DNA from: Candidatus Parcubacteria bacterium
GTDB lineage: Bacteria > Patescibacteriota > Minisyncoccia > Minisyncoccales > JAGLUP01
Length of the DNA stretch: 64,000 bases
Direction of reading: 5' to 3'
NCBI GenBank assembly: GCA_023134715.1
Contig: JAGLUP010000002.1
Span: forward strand, 79,906 to 143,905
Position 1 is the stretch's first letter; each line of letters opens with the position of its first letter. The translations under genes were made by a program, and so were the position numbers. The notes under the pieces are model-generated. The model worked only from the letters and a program-made list of their open reading frames with translations. It had not been told where the DNA came from and did not search any database. Below, one piece after another: positions 9,069-18,400 of this stretch.

Positions 9069-9099
9069 CAGAAAAAATTTTCTTTTCATTAAATTAAAA
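9069..9099 (+). repeat. 31-nt direct copy of the left arm of the 6353-6764 element
   Basis: cagaaaaaattttcttttcattaaattaaaa is identical at 6366-6396 and 9069-9099. Confidence 0.8.
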
Positions 9100-9125
9100 T
9101 AAAAATCGTCTTATTGGCGGTTTTT

Positions 9126-9146
9126 TGGTATAATGGAATAATTATG
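9126..9146 (+). promoter_or_regulatory. extended -10 promoter placed for a leaderless rarA mRNA
   Basis: TGgTATAAT (-10 at 9129-9134), 9 nt, ATG 9144; no SD. Confidence 0.55.
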
Positions 9147-10292
9147 GAACCTTTAGCGTCAAAAATCAGGCCGAAGAGATTAAGGGAATTTGTTGGTCAG
9201 GAACATTTAACAGGGGAAAGGAAACCCCTGAATATTGCTATTAAAAATAAGCACTTGTTTTCGTTTGTCTTTTGGGGACCTCCTGGAGTGGGGAAGACGA
9301 CTTTGGCGAAAATATACGCTAATGCTTTAGACGCCTCTATTTATGAGCTTTCCGCTGTTTCCGCAGGCAAGAATGATATTAGAAAAATAATTGCTGAAGA
9401 TACACAAGGAAAATCTAAGATATTAGTTCTTGATGAAATTCATCGCTTTAATAAAGCTCAACAGGATTTTCTTTTGCCTTTTGTGGAAACTGGCAAAATT
9501 ACTTTAATCGGCGCGACTACAGAGAATCCAAGTTTTGAGATTATTCCTGCTCTGCTTTCGCGATGCCGCATCTTTGTGATGGATGAGCTCACAGATAAAG
9601 AAATGGCTAAAATTATAAAAAGAACTAAGTTTAAATTAGATAAAAAAGCGAAAGATTGGTTGATTGCTATGGCGAACGGCGATGCGCGGCAAGCGATTAC
9701 AATGATAGAAAACACGAATAATTTATACGGAGAAATTACAATAGAAACATTAAAAGATACTCTCCAGTCAAAAGTTTTGCGATATGATAAAAAAGGAGAA
9801 GAACATTACACTGTTATCAGCGCTTTTATTAAAAGTATGAGAGCTGGCCAGCCAGACGCGGCTCTGTATTATTTAGCGAGGATGATAACTTCCGGCGAAG
9901 ACCCTAAATTCATTGCCAGAAGAATGGTTATTTTTGCCAGCGAAGATATCGGACTGGCGCAGCCAACTGCTTTAGTGGTAGCTAATGAAATTTTTCGGGC
10001 AGTGGAAACTATTGGACTTCCGGAATGCGGAATAAATTTAGCTGCCGGAACAGTTTATTTATGTCTTTGTAAAAAAGACAGAAGCGCTTATGAGGGTTAT
10101 TTGGCGGCGATGAAAGACGCAGAGCAATATGGGAATCTACCTGTGCCTTTGGAAATAAGAAACGCTTCAACAAAGCTAATGGAAAATTTGGGTTATGGCG
10201 AGGGATACGAAGCGTATTCAAAAAAAGATTTATTGCCTGAAAAAATAAGAGGAAAGAAATATTTTTCCCGCAAAAAGCCGGAAAATAATTAA
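9144..10292 (+). CDS. rarA: replication-associated recombination protein A (AAA+ ATPase)
   Basis: [22 protein letters not shown]; Walker [10 protein letters not shown]; [13 protein letters not shown]; [12 protein letters not shown]. The track start 9114 reads through the promoter, so ATG 9144 is preferred. Confidence 0.9.
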   Translation: MEPLASKIRPKRLREFVGQEHLTGERKPLNIAIKNKHLFSFVFWGPPGVGKTTLAKIYANALDASIYELSAVSAGKNDIRKIIAEDTQGKSKILVLDEIHRFNKAQQDFLLPFVETGKITLIGATTENPSFEIIPALLSRCRIFVMDELTDKEMAKIIKRTKFKLDKKAKDWLIAMANGDARQAITMIENTNNLYGEITIETLKDTLQSKVLRYDKKGEEHYTVISAFIKSMRAGQPDAALYYLARMITSGEDPKFIARRMVIFASEDIGLAQPTALVVANEIFRAVETIGLPECGINLAAGTVYLCLCKKDRSAYEGYLAAMKDAEQYGNLPVPLEIRNASTKLMENLGYGEGYEAYSKKDLLPEKIRGKKYFSRKKPENN

Positions 10293-10299
10293 AACAAAA

Positions 10300-10596
10300 A
10301 TGAAAAATGAAAAGAAAAAATATTGGTCGGATAAGGTAACAAAATACAGCAATGCTCTTGATTTAGAGCAAAAAGTTTTTACTTTTAAAAACCCGAAAAA
10401 AATTGCTTTATCTCTTAAGAAATCAGCCGAAGAAAGCGAAAGGAGAAAAGCGAAGCCGTTTCAATCTGCAATGTCTATGTTAAATTTTTACATTAACCGC
10501 GCTGGCAAAAATTTGCCAGAAGAACAAAAAGAAATTTTAGAACAAGCCAAAATTGAATTAAGAAAAGTATTTGAAAAGAAAAATAAATTTAGTTAA
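10300..10596 (+). CDS. DUF3175-like small protein
   Basis: SAMSMLNFYINRAGKNL and AKIELRKVF match my recollection of the DUF3175 family. Confidence 0.55.
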   Translation: MKNEKKKYWSDKVTKYSNALDLEQKVFTFKNPKKIALSLKKSAEESERRKAKPFQSAMSMLNFYINRAGKNLPEEQKEILEQAKIELRKVFEKKNKFS

Positions 10597-10656
10597 AGTA
10601 GGTTGGAGAAAAGGTCGGATATTAAAAATTTAATTAAAAATAAAAAATGTAAACTT

Positions 10657-11730
10657 ATGAAAAAAATATTTGGTTTAATAATAATTTGTTCTGTTTTGGT
10701 TTTACCAGTTTTTGCTGCCACACCAGTTAATTTTGATAATTCAGGGAATCATCCTTTATCTGCTACCGATATACATTTAGTTAAAAAGGTGCCGCTTCCA
10801 CCAGTAATTGGAGAAGTAAAAGGTAATCCTCATGGTGGTCCTCCTGGGAAGAATGGAGAAAGCGGCTCCAAAGAACAAGCGGCAACTGGAACTTTAGGCA
10901 ATACAGAGGTAGGCAATAAATACGCTATTATAATTGGAATTTGTGATTATCCTGATGGAAAGAGAAATTATGATCTTTGCATATCAGATGGGGATTCCTT
11001 GCGTATGCACCAAACCCTAACTCAACTTTACGGATATGCTACTAGTAATATTGCTTTATTTAAAGACGGAGGGAATAGCAGTACAGCTTGGTTTGCTCAA
11101 ATTCCTACTAAAGATAATATTTTAAGAGCCATTAATGATTTAAGAGCGAAGGTAACCAGTTCAGATGAAGTAGTGTTCTTTTTTAGCGGTCATGGGGCAG
11201 ATGGATTAGTTAATGATGGGGACAAAGAGAGAAGAGATGAAGGAATCGTTGTGCATGATAGCGATGATGGTGAGGTTGATGGTAATTCGCAGATAGATAT
11301 TATATGGGACGGAGAGTTGAAAACAGCATTCAGCGGTTTTGCTACTGATAGGATTGTTTTCGTATTTGATAGCTGTTTAGCTGGTGGAATGAATGATGTA
11401 GCCAGTGAGGGAAGAGTTATCTCAATGGGAACCAGTGAAACCAGTGTATCTTATGTATATTCAAGTGATCTACTAAATGTAAGAGAAGATGAAATGGAAG
11501 ATGTGGATGAAAACGGACAACTAGACGGCGAAGGAGTATTCACTCGTTATTTTGTTAATAAAGGAATGTTGCAAGGTAATGCAAATGTCCACAATTATGT
11601 TAAAGTAGAAGGAGATGAGCCAGCAACGATAGAAGAGGCCTTTGATTATGCTAAGGAAATAATCCCTTCTATTTGGAAGAGGCAGAAGCCGACAATAAGT
11701 GATGATTTTATTGACGATTTGCTTTTATAA
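10657..11730 (+). CDS. secreted caspase-family (peptidase C14) protein
   Basis: Signal-like MKKIFGLIIICSVLVLPVFA. His/Cys dyad contexts FFFSGHGADG and FVFDSCLAGG. ATG 10657 preferred over the TTG at 10603. Confidence 0.7.
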   Translation: MKKIFGLIIICSVLVLPVFAATPVNFDNSGNHPLSATDIHLVKKVPLPPVIGEVKGNPHGGPPGKNGESGSKEQAATGTLGNTEVGNKYAIIIGICDYPDGKRNYDLCISDGDSLRMHQTLTQLYGYATSNIALFKDGGNSSTAWFAQIPTKDNILRAINDLRAKVTSSDEVVFFFSGHGADGLVNDGDKERRDEGIVVHDSDDGEVDGNSQIDIIWDGELKTAFSGFATDRIVFVFDSCLAGGMNDVASEGRVISMGTSETSVSYVYSSDLLNVREDEMEDVDENGQLDGEGVFTRYFVNKGMLQGNANVHNYVKVEGDEPATIEEAFDYAKEIIPSIWKRQKPTISDDFIDDLLL

Positions 11731-11759
11731 TCCTTTCTGAAAAAGGAATTAAAAAAAAC

Positions 11760-11793
11760 AAAGCCCTGATTTTATAATGGGCTTTGTTTTTTT
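11760..11793 (+). terminator. intrinsic terminator
   Basis: AAAGCCC-12 nt-GGGCTTT followed by a T-rich run. Confidence 0.7.
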
Positions 11794-11853
11794 GTTTACA
11801 AACAAACATTGAAAAAACCCGAAAAAGAGGGTAGAGTAGAAGAAGATAAAGTA

Positions 11854-12264
11854 ATGAAAAATGTTGTAAAAGTAATAATGTACACATACAGAGAAAATAA
11901 TGGAAAGAAAGAGTTTTTTGTTTTGCATAGAAAAAGGGGGGACTGTGTTGTTTTAACCGGCCATGTCAGGGACAGAGAAGAAATAAAAAATGAATCTTTA
12001 GAAGACGCGGCAAGAAGAGAAACAATTGAAGAATTAGGAGTTGAGCCGATGAATATTATTGACCTTAAAACGAAAATTTATGTTGAAATAGAAAAAAATA
12101 ACGCGGCAGGATATGAACACGCTTTCTTAATCCAAATTCCAAATAAAGATGTTCATTTTTTGGAAGGAGATGAAAAGCACAATTGGCATTCATTAGAAGA
12201 ATTAGACGCCATTTTAACATATCCAAATCAAAGGGAGTCATTAAATAAAATAAAATTAAGTTAA
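11854..12264 (+). CDS. NUDIX hydrolase
   Basis: Nudix box GHVRDREEIKNESLEDAARRETIEELGV; start uncertain (11809 TTG or 11854 ATG). Confidence 0.75.
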   Translation: MKNVVKVIMYTYRENNGKKEFFVLHRKRGDCVVLTGHVRDREEIKNESLEDAARRETIEELGVEPMNIIDLKTKIYVEIEKNNAAGYEHAFLIQIPNKDVHFLEGDEKHNWHSLEELDAILTYPNQRESLNKIKLS

Positions 12265-12265
12265 T

Positions 12266-12547
12266 ATGAAACAAAAGGGATTTGCTTTAATTTCATTATT
12301 GATAGCGCTCGCCATTATTTTAATAATTGTTTTTGGACGCGGTTATTTTGATAATACTCCCTTAAAAGATTACAAAACCGACAAAGAGAGAGGGGAAGAA
12401 GCAATCAAAAAAGCTGAAATGTTAAAACAAAAAATTGAGTGCAAAGAGAAATGCTTGTATATAAATGAAAAACAATGGCAATATATAGGTGGAAGCCATT
12501 TTGAAACTAAAGAACAATGTATTGATTATTGCTTAAGCGATAAATAA
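12266..12547 (+). CDS. small protein with a type IV pilin-like N-terminus
   Basis: MKQKGFALISLLIALAIILII resembles a prepilin leader plus hydrophobic helix, but has Ser where Glu+5 is expected. Confidence 0.4.
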   Translation: MKQKGFALISLLIALAIILIIVFGRGYFDNTPLKDYKTDKERGEEAIKKAEMLKQKIECKEKCLYINEKQWQYIGGSHFETKEQCIDYCLSDK

Positions 12548-12566
12548 GTTTTTGTACAAATAGACA

Positions 12567-12594
12567 TTGACAAATTTTTACTTTATGATATAAT
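12567..12594 (+). promoter_or_regulatory. sigma70-type promoter
   Basis: TTGACA (12567-72), 16 nt, TGaTATAAT (-10 at 12589-94); downstream SD AGGAGGTG before ATG 12622. Confidence 0.6.
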
Positions 12595-12621
12595 TAAAAT
12601 TGTTAATAGGAGGTGCTATAA

Positions 12622-12888
12622 ATGGAAAAAGAAGAAGAGGAGGAGGAGAAGGAACAATATTATCTGACGGCAAGAATTATGATAGGTGGAGGGGAGAGTT
12701 GCATGTCTCTACAAGGAGGATTTGATACTCCCGATGAAGTTATAAGTAAGGCAAATCAACTACTTGAAGGTGATCATCTTGGTTGCCCTGAACTTTCTAA
12801 ACCAGTGCAAATTTCTATGATAAAAGGCGTGATAGCTCCACTTGAAATAACAAAAACTGCTTCTATTAAAAAAGAAAATGCCCCTTAA
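12622..12888 (+). CDS. hypothetical protein with acidic N-terminus
   Basis: Strong SD AGGAGGTG 7 nt upstream; 88 aa; no recognisable family. Confidence 0.5.
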   Translation: MEKEEEEEEKEQYYLTARIMIGGGESCMSLQGGFDTPDEVISKANQLLEGDHLGCPELSKPVQISMIKGVIAPLEITKTASIKKENAP

Positions 12889-12939
12889 AATGGAAGTTCC
12901 AAAAGGTCCTTCCTTTTTTATTTTCGTTGCTTAATCGTG

Positions 12940-12987
12940 AATCCGCCTTTTCGTAGAGGCGGATTTTTGGTATAATGAAATAATATG
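12940..12987 (+). promoter_or_regulatory. hairpin-terminator plus extended -10 module, leaderless start
   Basis: AATCCGCC-ttttcgtaga-GGCGGATT, TTTGGTATAAT (-10 at 12971-76), 8 nt, ATG 12985. Confidence 0.6.
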
Positions 12988-13272
12988 AAAAGAAAATTAA
13001 ATTTGATTATAAACATTATTTCTTTTTTCGTTTTTTTGTTTTCAGCATTTTCGGGACTTATTTTGTGGAAGATTTTTCCGTCTGGCAGCGGATTTCGCGG
13101 AGGCAGGGGAATCACAGAAGATAATATTTTCTTAGGTTTATTTCGCCGCGAATGGAGCGATATTCATATATATACCAGTTTAATTTTTGCTGCATTGGTC
13201 ATTATTCATTTGATTCTTCACTGGTCCTGGATTAAAAATATTCCTAAAATAATAAGGCAAAAAAATGGCTGA
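12985..13272 (+). CDS. DUF4405-like membrane protein
   Basis: Two TM helices; WSDIHIYTSLIFAALVIIHLILHWSW resembles DUF4405. Confidence 0.5.
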   Translation: MKRKLNLIINIISFFVFLFSAFSGLILWKIFPSGSGFRGGRGITEDNIFLGLFRREWSDIHIYTSLIFAALVIIHLILHWSWIKNIPKIIRQKNG

Positions 13273-13879
13273 AATAAATAAAAAAAATTTGGAAGAATTA
13301 AAAAAAATTAAACAAGAAATTTTGGAAGGCAAGAATTGCCCCCTTTATGAATATAGAATTGAAAATGGATTTTATCCTGTCATCGGACAAGGAAATCATC
13401 AAGCGAAGATAATGTTCATCGGAGAAGCGCCAGGACTTAATGAAGCAAAAACTGGCTATCCGTTTTGCGGAAGAGCGGGAAAAATTTTAGATGAACTTTT
13501 AGATTTTGTAGATATTAAAAGAAAAGAGATCTATATTACCAATATCTTAAAAGACCGACCTCCGGGAAATCGTAATCCGAGCAGAGAAGAAATTGAGGAT
13601 TATACGCCATATTTAGAAAGACAAATAAAAGTTATAAAGCCAAAAGTAATTTGCACCTTAGGAAATTATTCTACCGCTTATATTATGGAAAAATATGGAT
13701 TAAAAGATGAAATTCAGGGAATAAGCAAAATTCGTGGAAAAATTTTTGAAACAGGCGACACATTCCAAAATATAAGAATTATTCCTCTTTATCATCCCGC
13801 GGTAGTGGCCTATAATCCTAATATGATGGGAGCCCTTAAAAAGGATTTTGAGATATTGACAGGATTAAAATTTTCATGA
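13265..13879 (+). CDS. uracil-DNA glycosylase, family 4
   Basis: GEAPGLNEAKTGYPFCGRAGKILDELL and LYHPAVVAY motifs. Confidence 0.85.
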   Translation: MAEINKKNLEELKKIKQEILEGKNCPLYEYRIENGFYPVIGQGNHQAKIMFIGEAPGLNEAKTGYPFCGRAGKILDELLDFVDIKRKEIYITNILKDRPPGNRNPSREEIEDYTPYLERQIKVIKPKVICTLGNYSTAYIMEKYGLKDEIQGISKIRGKIFETGDTFQNIRIIPLYHPAVVAYNPNMMGALKKDFEILTGLKFS

Positions 13880-14103
13880 AAACAATAAAGATATATTGTC
13901 AAAATTGCAGAACGGTTCTATATAAATACCACAAAGATAAACCAGGTCATTTGATTAAATGTTATAAAGATAGAATTTTCAAGGATTATACAGCTGGAGA
14001 TTTAAAATGTCCTCAGTGTAAGCAACAATTTGCCAGAGAAACGATGATTTATAAAAAACCAGCCAATAAAATTATTCAAGGAAAAGTTTTTGTAAAAAAA
14101 TAA
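13876..14103 (+). CDS. zinc-ribbon protein, unknown function
   Basis: CQNC...(37 aa)...CPQC; ATGA overlap with the UDG gene. Confidence 0.5.
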   Translation: MKTIKIYCQNCRTVLYKYHKDKPGHLIKCYKDRIFKDYTAGDLKCPQCKQQFARETMIYKKPANKIIQGKVFVKK

Positions 14104-14137
14104 TTTGCCTGAGAGCTTTTTTTTGGTTTTTGAATGT

Positions 14138-14154
14138 TGTATAATATAATAATG
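14138..14154 (+). promoter_or_regulatory. -10 element placed for a leaderless start
   Basis: TGTATAAT (-10 at 14140-45), 6 nt, ATG 14152. Confidence 0.45.
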
Positions 14155-14397
14155 GAAAAACCAAAAGAAAAATTTAATCAAGAAGATTATTTTGTTAGAC
14201 CTCTTTATTGTGACAAGGTTTTAGAAATTTTGAAGAAAGAATTAGAAAAGATTGAAAAATCGGGAAAAAAGAGTTTGTGGGCTTTCAGCGCCGAGAAGAC
14301 CTTGAAACATTTAGAAAAAGAAAAGGGTCTTAATTTAAGCCCTCACGATGTAGAAAATATTATCTGCGCCTTATTAAAATATATTGATAATCAATAA
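14152..14397 (+). CDS. hypothetical protein
   Basis: ORF track 14134..14397; ATG 14152 preferred because TATAAT lies inside the 5' extension. Confidence 0.45.
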   Translation: MEKPKEKFNQEDYFVRPLYCDKVLEILKKELEKIEKSGKKSLWAFSAEKTLKHLEKEKGLNLSPHDVENIICALLKYIDNQ

Positions 14398-14402
14398 AAA
14401 AA

Positions 14403-14423
14403 TCGCCAAATGGGCGGTTTTTT
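14403..14423 (+). terminator. intrinsic terminator of the AAAATCGCC..GGCGGTTTT family
   Basis: CGCC-aaatg-GGCG followed by T6. Confidence 0.6.
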
Positions 14424-14466
14424 AGCATATCCCTGCAGCTAAGCTACAGGGATTGCTTAGCAAAAT

Positions 14467-14495
14467 TTGACGCGGTTTTGGTTTTATGATATGAT
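14467..14495 (+). promoter_or_regulatory. promoter of the dapB-like gene
   Basis: TTGACG, 17 nt, TATGAT; ~100-nt leader with CTCTTTAC/GTAAAGAG hairpin; SD AGAGGTG. Confidence 0.45.
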
Positions 14496-14595
14496 TTTAG
14501 TATAAATTAGTATAGAAATTGCTCTTTACAATAAATATTGGATTGAATTGGTAAAGAGAAAGAATGAAAATATAAATAAAAAAGAGGTGATTTAA

Positions 14596-15426
14596 ATGGG
14601 AAAAAATAAAATAATGTTGGCGGGACCAGGTAATATGGGAACTATGATAGGGCGTAGGATATTGACTGAAAATGGTTTGGAGCTATCTAAGACAGCGTTG
14701 GCTGAAGATAATGGAGGAAAAATGAGATTGGGCCCAGAAGCGAATTTTTTGACTATAAAATTAGCTGGCATGGACTTTCAAAGAAGAGCGATTATAGATG
14801 AAAACCCAGATGTTATTATTGATTTTACGCATCCTGATAGTGTGAACAGAAACGCAGAGCTTTATTGCGAGCTGGGAATACCATTTATTATGGGAACAAC
14901 TGGAGGAGAACGCGGACATCTGAAAGAAACTGTTGAAGAGTCAGACATCTGCGCTGTGATTGCTCCAAATATGGCGCCGCAAATTGTGGCTTTTCAGGCA
15001 ATGATGGAATATGCGGCGAATACTTTCCCAAACGCTTTTAAAGGTTATGGTCTCGTGACAAGAGAAAGTCATCAGGAGCCCAAAAAAGATACCAGTGGAA
15101 CAGCGAAAGCTATGGCGGGTTACTATAATAAGCTTGGGATATCCTTTGAAATAGAGGATATTATAAAGGTGAGGGATCCGGTTGTTCAGAGAATAGAGCT
15201 TGGAGTTCCTGAAGAACATTTAGACGGACATGGGTGGCATAGCTATTATCTTCTTTCTGCCGATGGAAATGTGCGTTTTGAATTTAAGCACAATGTAAAT
15301 GGAAGAGAGATTTATGTAGACGGAGTAATGCTGGCTATTTCTTTTCTGCTATCTAAAATAGAGAAAAATTGCAAGGGAAAGGTTTTCTCTATGATAGATG
15401 TATTGAAAGTAGGACAAAGCCAGTAA
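14596..15426 (+). CDS. dapB: 4-hydroxy-tetrahydrodipicolinate reductase (plant-type DapB-like)
   Basis: GPGNMG nucleotide-binding N-terminus, FIMGTTGG, ESHQEPKKDTSGTAKAM, HNVNGREIY. Confidence 0.7.
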   Translation: MGKNKIMLAGPGNMGTMIGRRILTENGLELSKTALAEDNGGKMRLGPEANFLTIKLAGMDFQRRAIIDENPDVIIDFTHPDSVNRNAELYCELGIPFIMGTTGGERGHLKETVEESDICAVIAPNMAPQIVAFQAMMEYAANTFPNAFKGYGLVTRESHQEPKKDTSGTAKAMAGYYNKLGISFEIEDIIKVRDPVVQRIELGVPEEHLDGHGWHSYYLLSADGNVRFEFKHNVNGREIYVDGVMLAISFLLSKIEKNCKGKVFSMIDVLKVGQSQ

Positions 15427-15440
15427 TGGCAACAAATTTA

Positions 15441-15470
15441 TCTATTGACAGAAGTCAATAGATTTTTTTT
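15441..15470. terminator. terminator between the convergent dapB and purL genes
   Basis: TCTATTGAC-agaa-GTCAATAGA followed by T8. Confidence 0.7.
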
Positions 15471-15486
15471 ACTTAAATTTTTTATT

Positions 15487-18400
15487 TTAATTTTGGTCGC
15501 ACCATTTTCTGGCGTTTTGGAACATTTTTAGCCAAGGGGACGCCTGTAATTCTTTTTTTACCCCGTGAAATTGCTCCGCACCTCCCGGTTTACGGGAGGA
15601 TTTCACAGGGTGAATTCTCTCCGGCATCCATGGCCACTGCCATTTGAGAAAAGTTCGTTCCGGGTGCGGCATCATAGCTAAATGCCTTCCGTCTTCAGAG
15701 CAAAGCGCTGTAATTCCTTGCGCTGACCCGTTTGGATTAAACGGATATTTTTCAGTAGAATCTCCATTATCGTCTACATACGAAATCGGGGTTAATTTTT
15801 GAGCAATAGCATTTTCTAATAATTGATTGTCTGGAAACAATAATCTGCCTTCGCCGTGAGCAATCCAAACGCCTAATACAGAGTCCTGCATATCTTTTAA
15901 CATAATAGCAGGGCTTTGAGAAATTTTTACGGTTGTCCATCGCGATTCAAAGCGTTCAGAATGATTTTTTACAAATTTAGCGGGCACCCATCCCAAAAGG
16001 CCCATTAGCTGACAGCCGTTGCATACGCCTAATGAAAAAGTATTTTTGCGATTATGAAAAGCCGCAAAAATATCTCTAAGTTTGTCATTAAAGCGAATCG
16101 CGCTTGCCCAACCCTTTGCCGAACCAAGCACATCAGCGTAGGAAAATCCGCCGACAAACGCAATGCCGCGGAAATCATCAAGATTAATCTTGTCATTTAA
16201 TAAATCCAACATTGCTACATCCCAGGGCTCAAAACCAGCCATATAAAAAGCGCTGGTCATTTCTCTGTCGCCGTTGCTGCCTTCTTCTCTGATAATAGCA
16301 ATTTTAATTTTTTCGGTTTTCTCTAAAATTTCCTGCGGCGTCTGCTCGGGAGTAAAAGCAATCTTGTATTCAGGATTTTTTCTTTCATATATATTCTTTT
16401 TTTCTTCCATTGCCTGATTTTCTTTTGTTTGCAGTTTATTTAACTGATGACTGGTTTCCTCCCAGACCTGGCGAAGTTCCAGCATACTTTCGTCTAAAAT
16501 TACATTATCTTCAGAAACAATTTTAATCTTTTGGTTTATAGTTGTCTGTCCGATTAAACAAGTTATGTTTTCCAAATTATATTTTTTAATAATTTCTGTA
16601 AATTTTTCCTGAAGAGCCAAATCAACTTCCACAACAAGACCTAACTCCTCATTGAAATAATAGGGGAGTATATTGTCTGAAGACAATTTAACAGAAAGAG
16701 CTGCTCCGCAGTTTCCGGAAAATGCCATCTCAAGAATGGTTGTGATTAAGCCGCCGTCAGACCTGTCATGGCCTGAAAGAATAATTTTTTCATCAATCAT
16801 TTGCTGAATAGCGTAAAATGATTTTTTAAGAACATCTGAATCGTCAACATCAGGAGATTCATTTCCTATTTGTCCTAAACTATGGGCAAGAGCTGAACCT
16901 CCAAGCCGATTTTTATTGTTTCCAATATCAATCAGCCATAGCGCGCTTTTGCCGGGTCTTTTAATATCAGGGGTTATAACTTTATTAATATCAGGCACAT
17001 CAGCATAGGCCGATATAGTTAATTCTATGGGCGATTTTACTATTTCATCGCTTACTTTAGCGGCCATAGATAAGCTGTCTTTGCCGCCATCAACGGCAAT
17101 GCCTAAATCAATCATTATTTTTCTCATAGCGTCAGCGGCATAATATAAATTTGCTCCTTCGCCAGGTAGTTTTGCCGCCAACATCCAATTAGCCGAACAT
17201 TTTATATTGTCCAATTTCTCTATTTTTGCCCAGACAATATTAGTTAAGGCCTCTCCAACAGACATACGAGCGCCTGCTTTAGGATTTACAAGTATTTTTA
17301 TTGGCTGTTCTCCAATGGCTATTGCCGCGCCAGTATTGTGAAAATGGCTTTGCGCTATAACCGCCACATCAGAAACAGTTAGCTGTAAAGGACCGCAGCA
17401 TTGCTGTCTTGCGATAAGTCCTGTTACGCTTCTGTCAACCTTACTTGTAAGAAACCGCTTTGAACCCACAGAAACAAGGCGCAAAACATTTTCCAGCGCT
17501 TGTTTGAAGTTTAATTTTTCCAGCAATTTTAAGCTCTCTAAATTTAAAGTTTGCGTTTGGTCTTTAAATGTTTTTTGCGGCATTTTGCCTAAAATTTTAG
17601 ATAATTCAAGGTTTACTGGAAAAGAATTATCTTTTCTGTCGCGCACAATTATGCGGCCGTCTTCCGTAATCTCTCCTAATTGCTCATACTTTACTCTTTC
17701 TCTTTTACACATTTGAGCAAATTCTTGTATTCTGGAGGGCTTAATAAGCAACCCGTTTCGTTCCTGATATTCAGCGCCCCAAATTTCTAAAACAGACAAT
17801 GTTTCATCTCCAATGTTAATATTTCTTATCTCTATTCTTCCGCCGACCGGCTCAACTAATTCTGTAAGCACATTGCACGGACCGCCAGCCCCTTGGTCGT
17901 GAATGCTTATAATCGGATTATTTGCGCCAAGTTCAACACATGCCCTTACTACTCTGTTCATTTTTTGCTCCATTTCAGCGTCGCCTCGCTGTACCGCGTT
18001 AAAATCAAGCTCTGCTAAATTTTCTCCCTGAATCATACTGGACGCGGCGCTTCCTCCCATGCCTATTCTATAAGCCGGACCGCCAATCTGAATAATGAGC
18101 ATACCTTTTTCAGCCGGTTGTTTTTCTCTATGACATTCATTAATTTGACCAACTCCTCCGGTAAACATTATTGGTTTTAGCCATTCTCTTCTTTCTTTGT
18201 TTGGCAGTTTCATCCCAAAAGAACGGGTAAATCCCTGAATAAGCGGTTCGCCAAATTTGTTTCCATAATCTGAAGCGCCATTGCTCGCTTGTATTTCTAT
18301 GTTTAAAGGGCTTGCCAGATTATCTGGATAAATAAAGTTTTTATCTTCCCACGGCAAATCATATCCCGGAATATTTAAATTGCCCACGCAATATCCCGCG

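Noticed and set aside
8859-9089. 76-aa - strand ORF upstream of the Kazal gene
   Set aside because: It lies in the repeat-rich 5' region of the Kazal gene, is Lys/Phe low-complexity with no SD, and overlaps the shared 31-nt repeat.
9114-9143. N-terminal extensions in the ORF track (also 10603-10656, 14134-14151, 52095-52124, 52858-52866, 59826-59837, 60951-60977)
   Set aside because: The extensions start at TTG/GTG or read through recognisable -10 or SD elements or conserved leader sequence. The downstream ATG matches family N-termini (for example Rar[12 protein letters not shown]) or SD spacing.
14424-14595. Lysine riboswitch upstream of the dapB-like gene
   Set aside because: The leader is only ~100 nt and AT-rich, with one simple hairpin. 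I see none of the conserved L-box helices or motifs.
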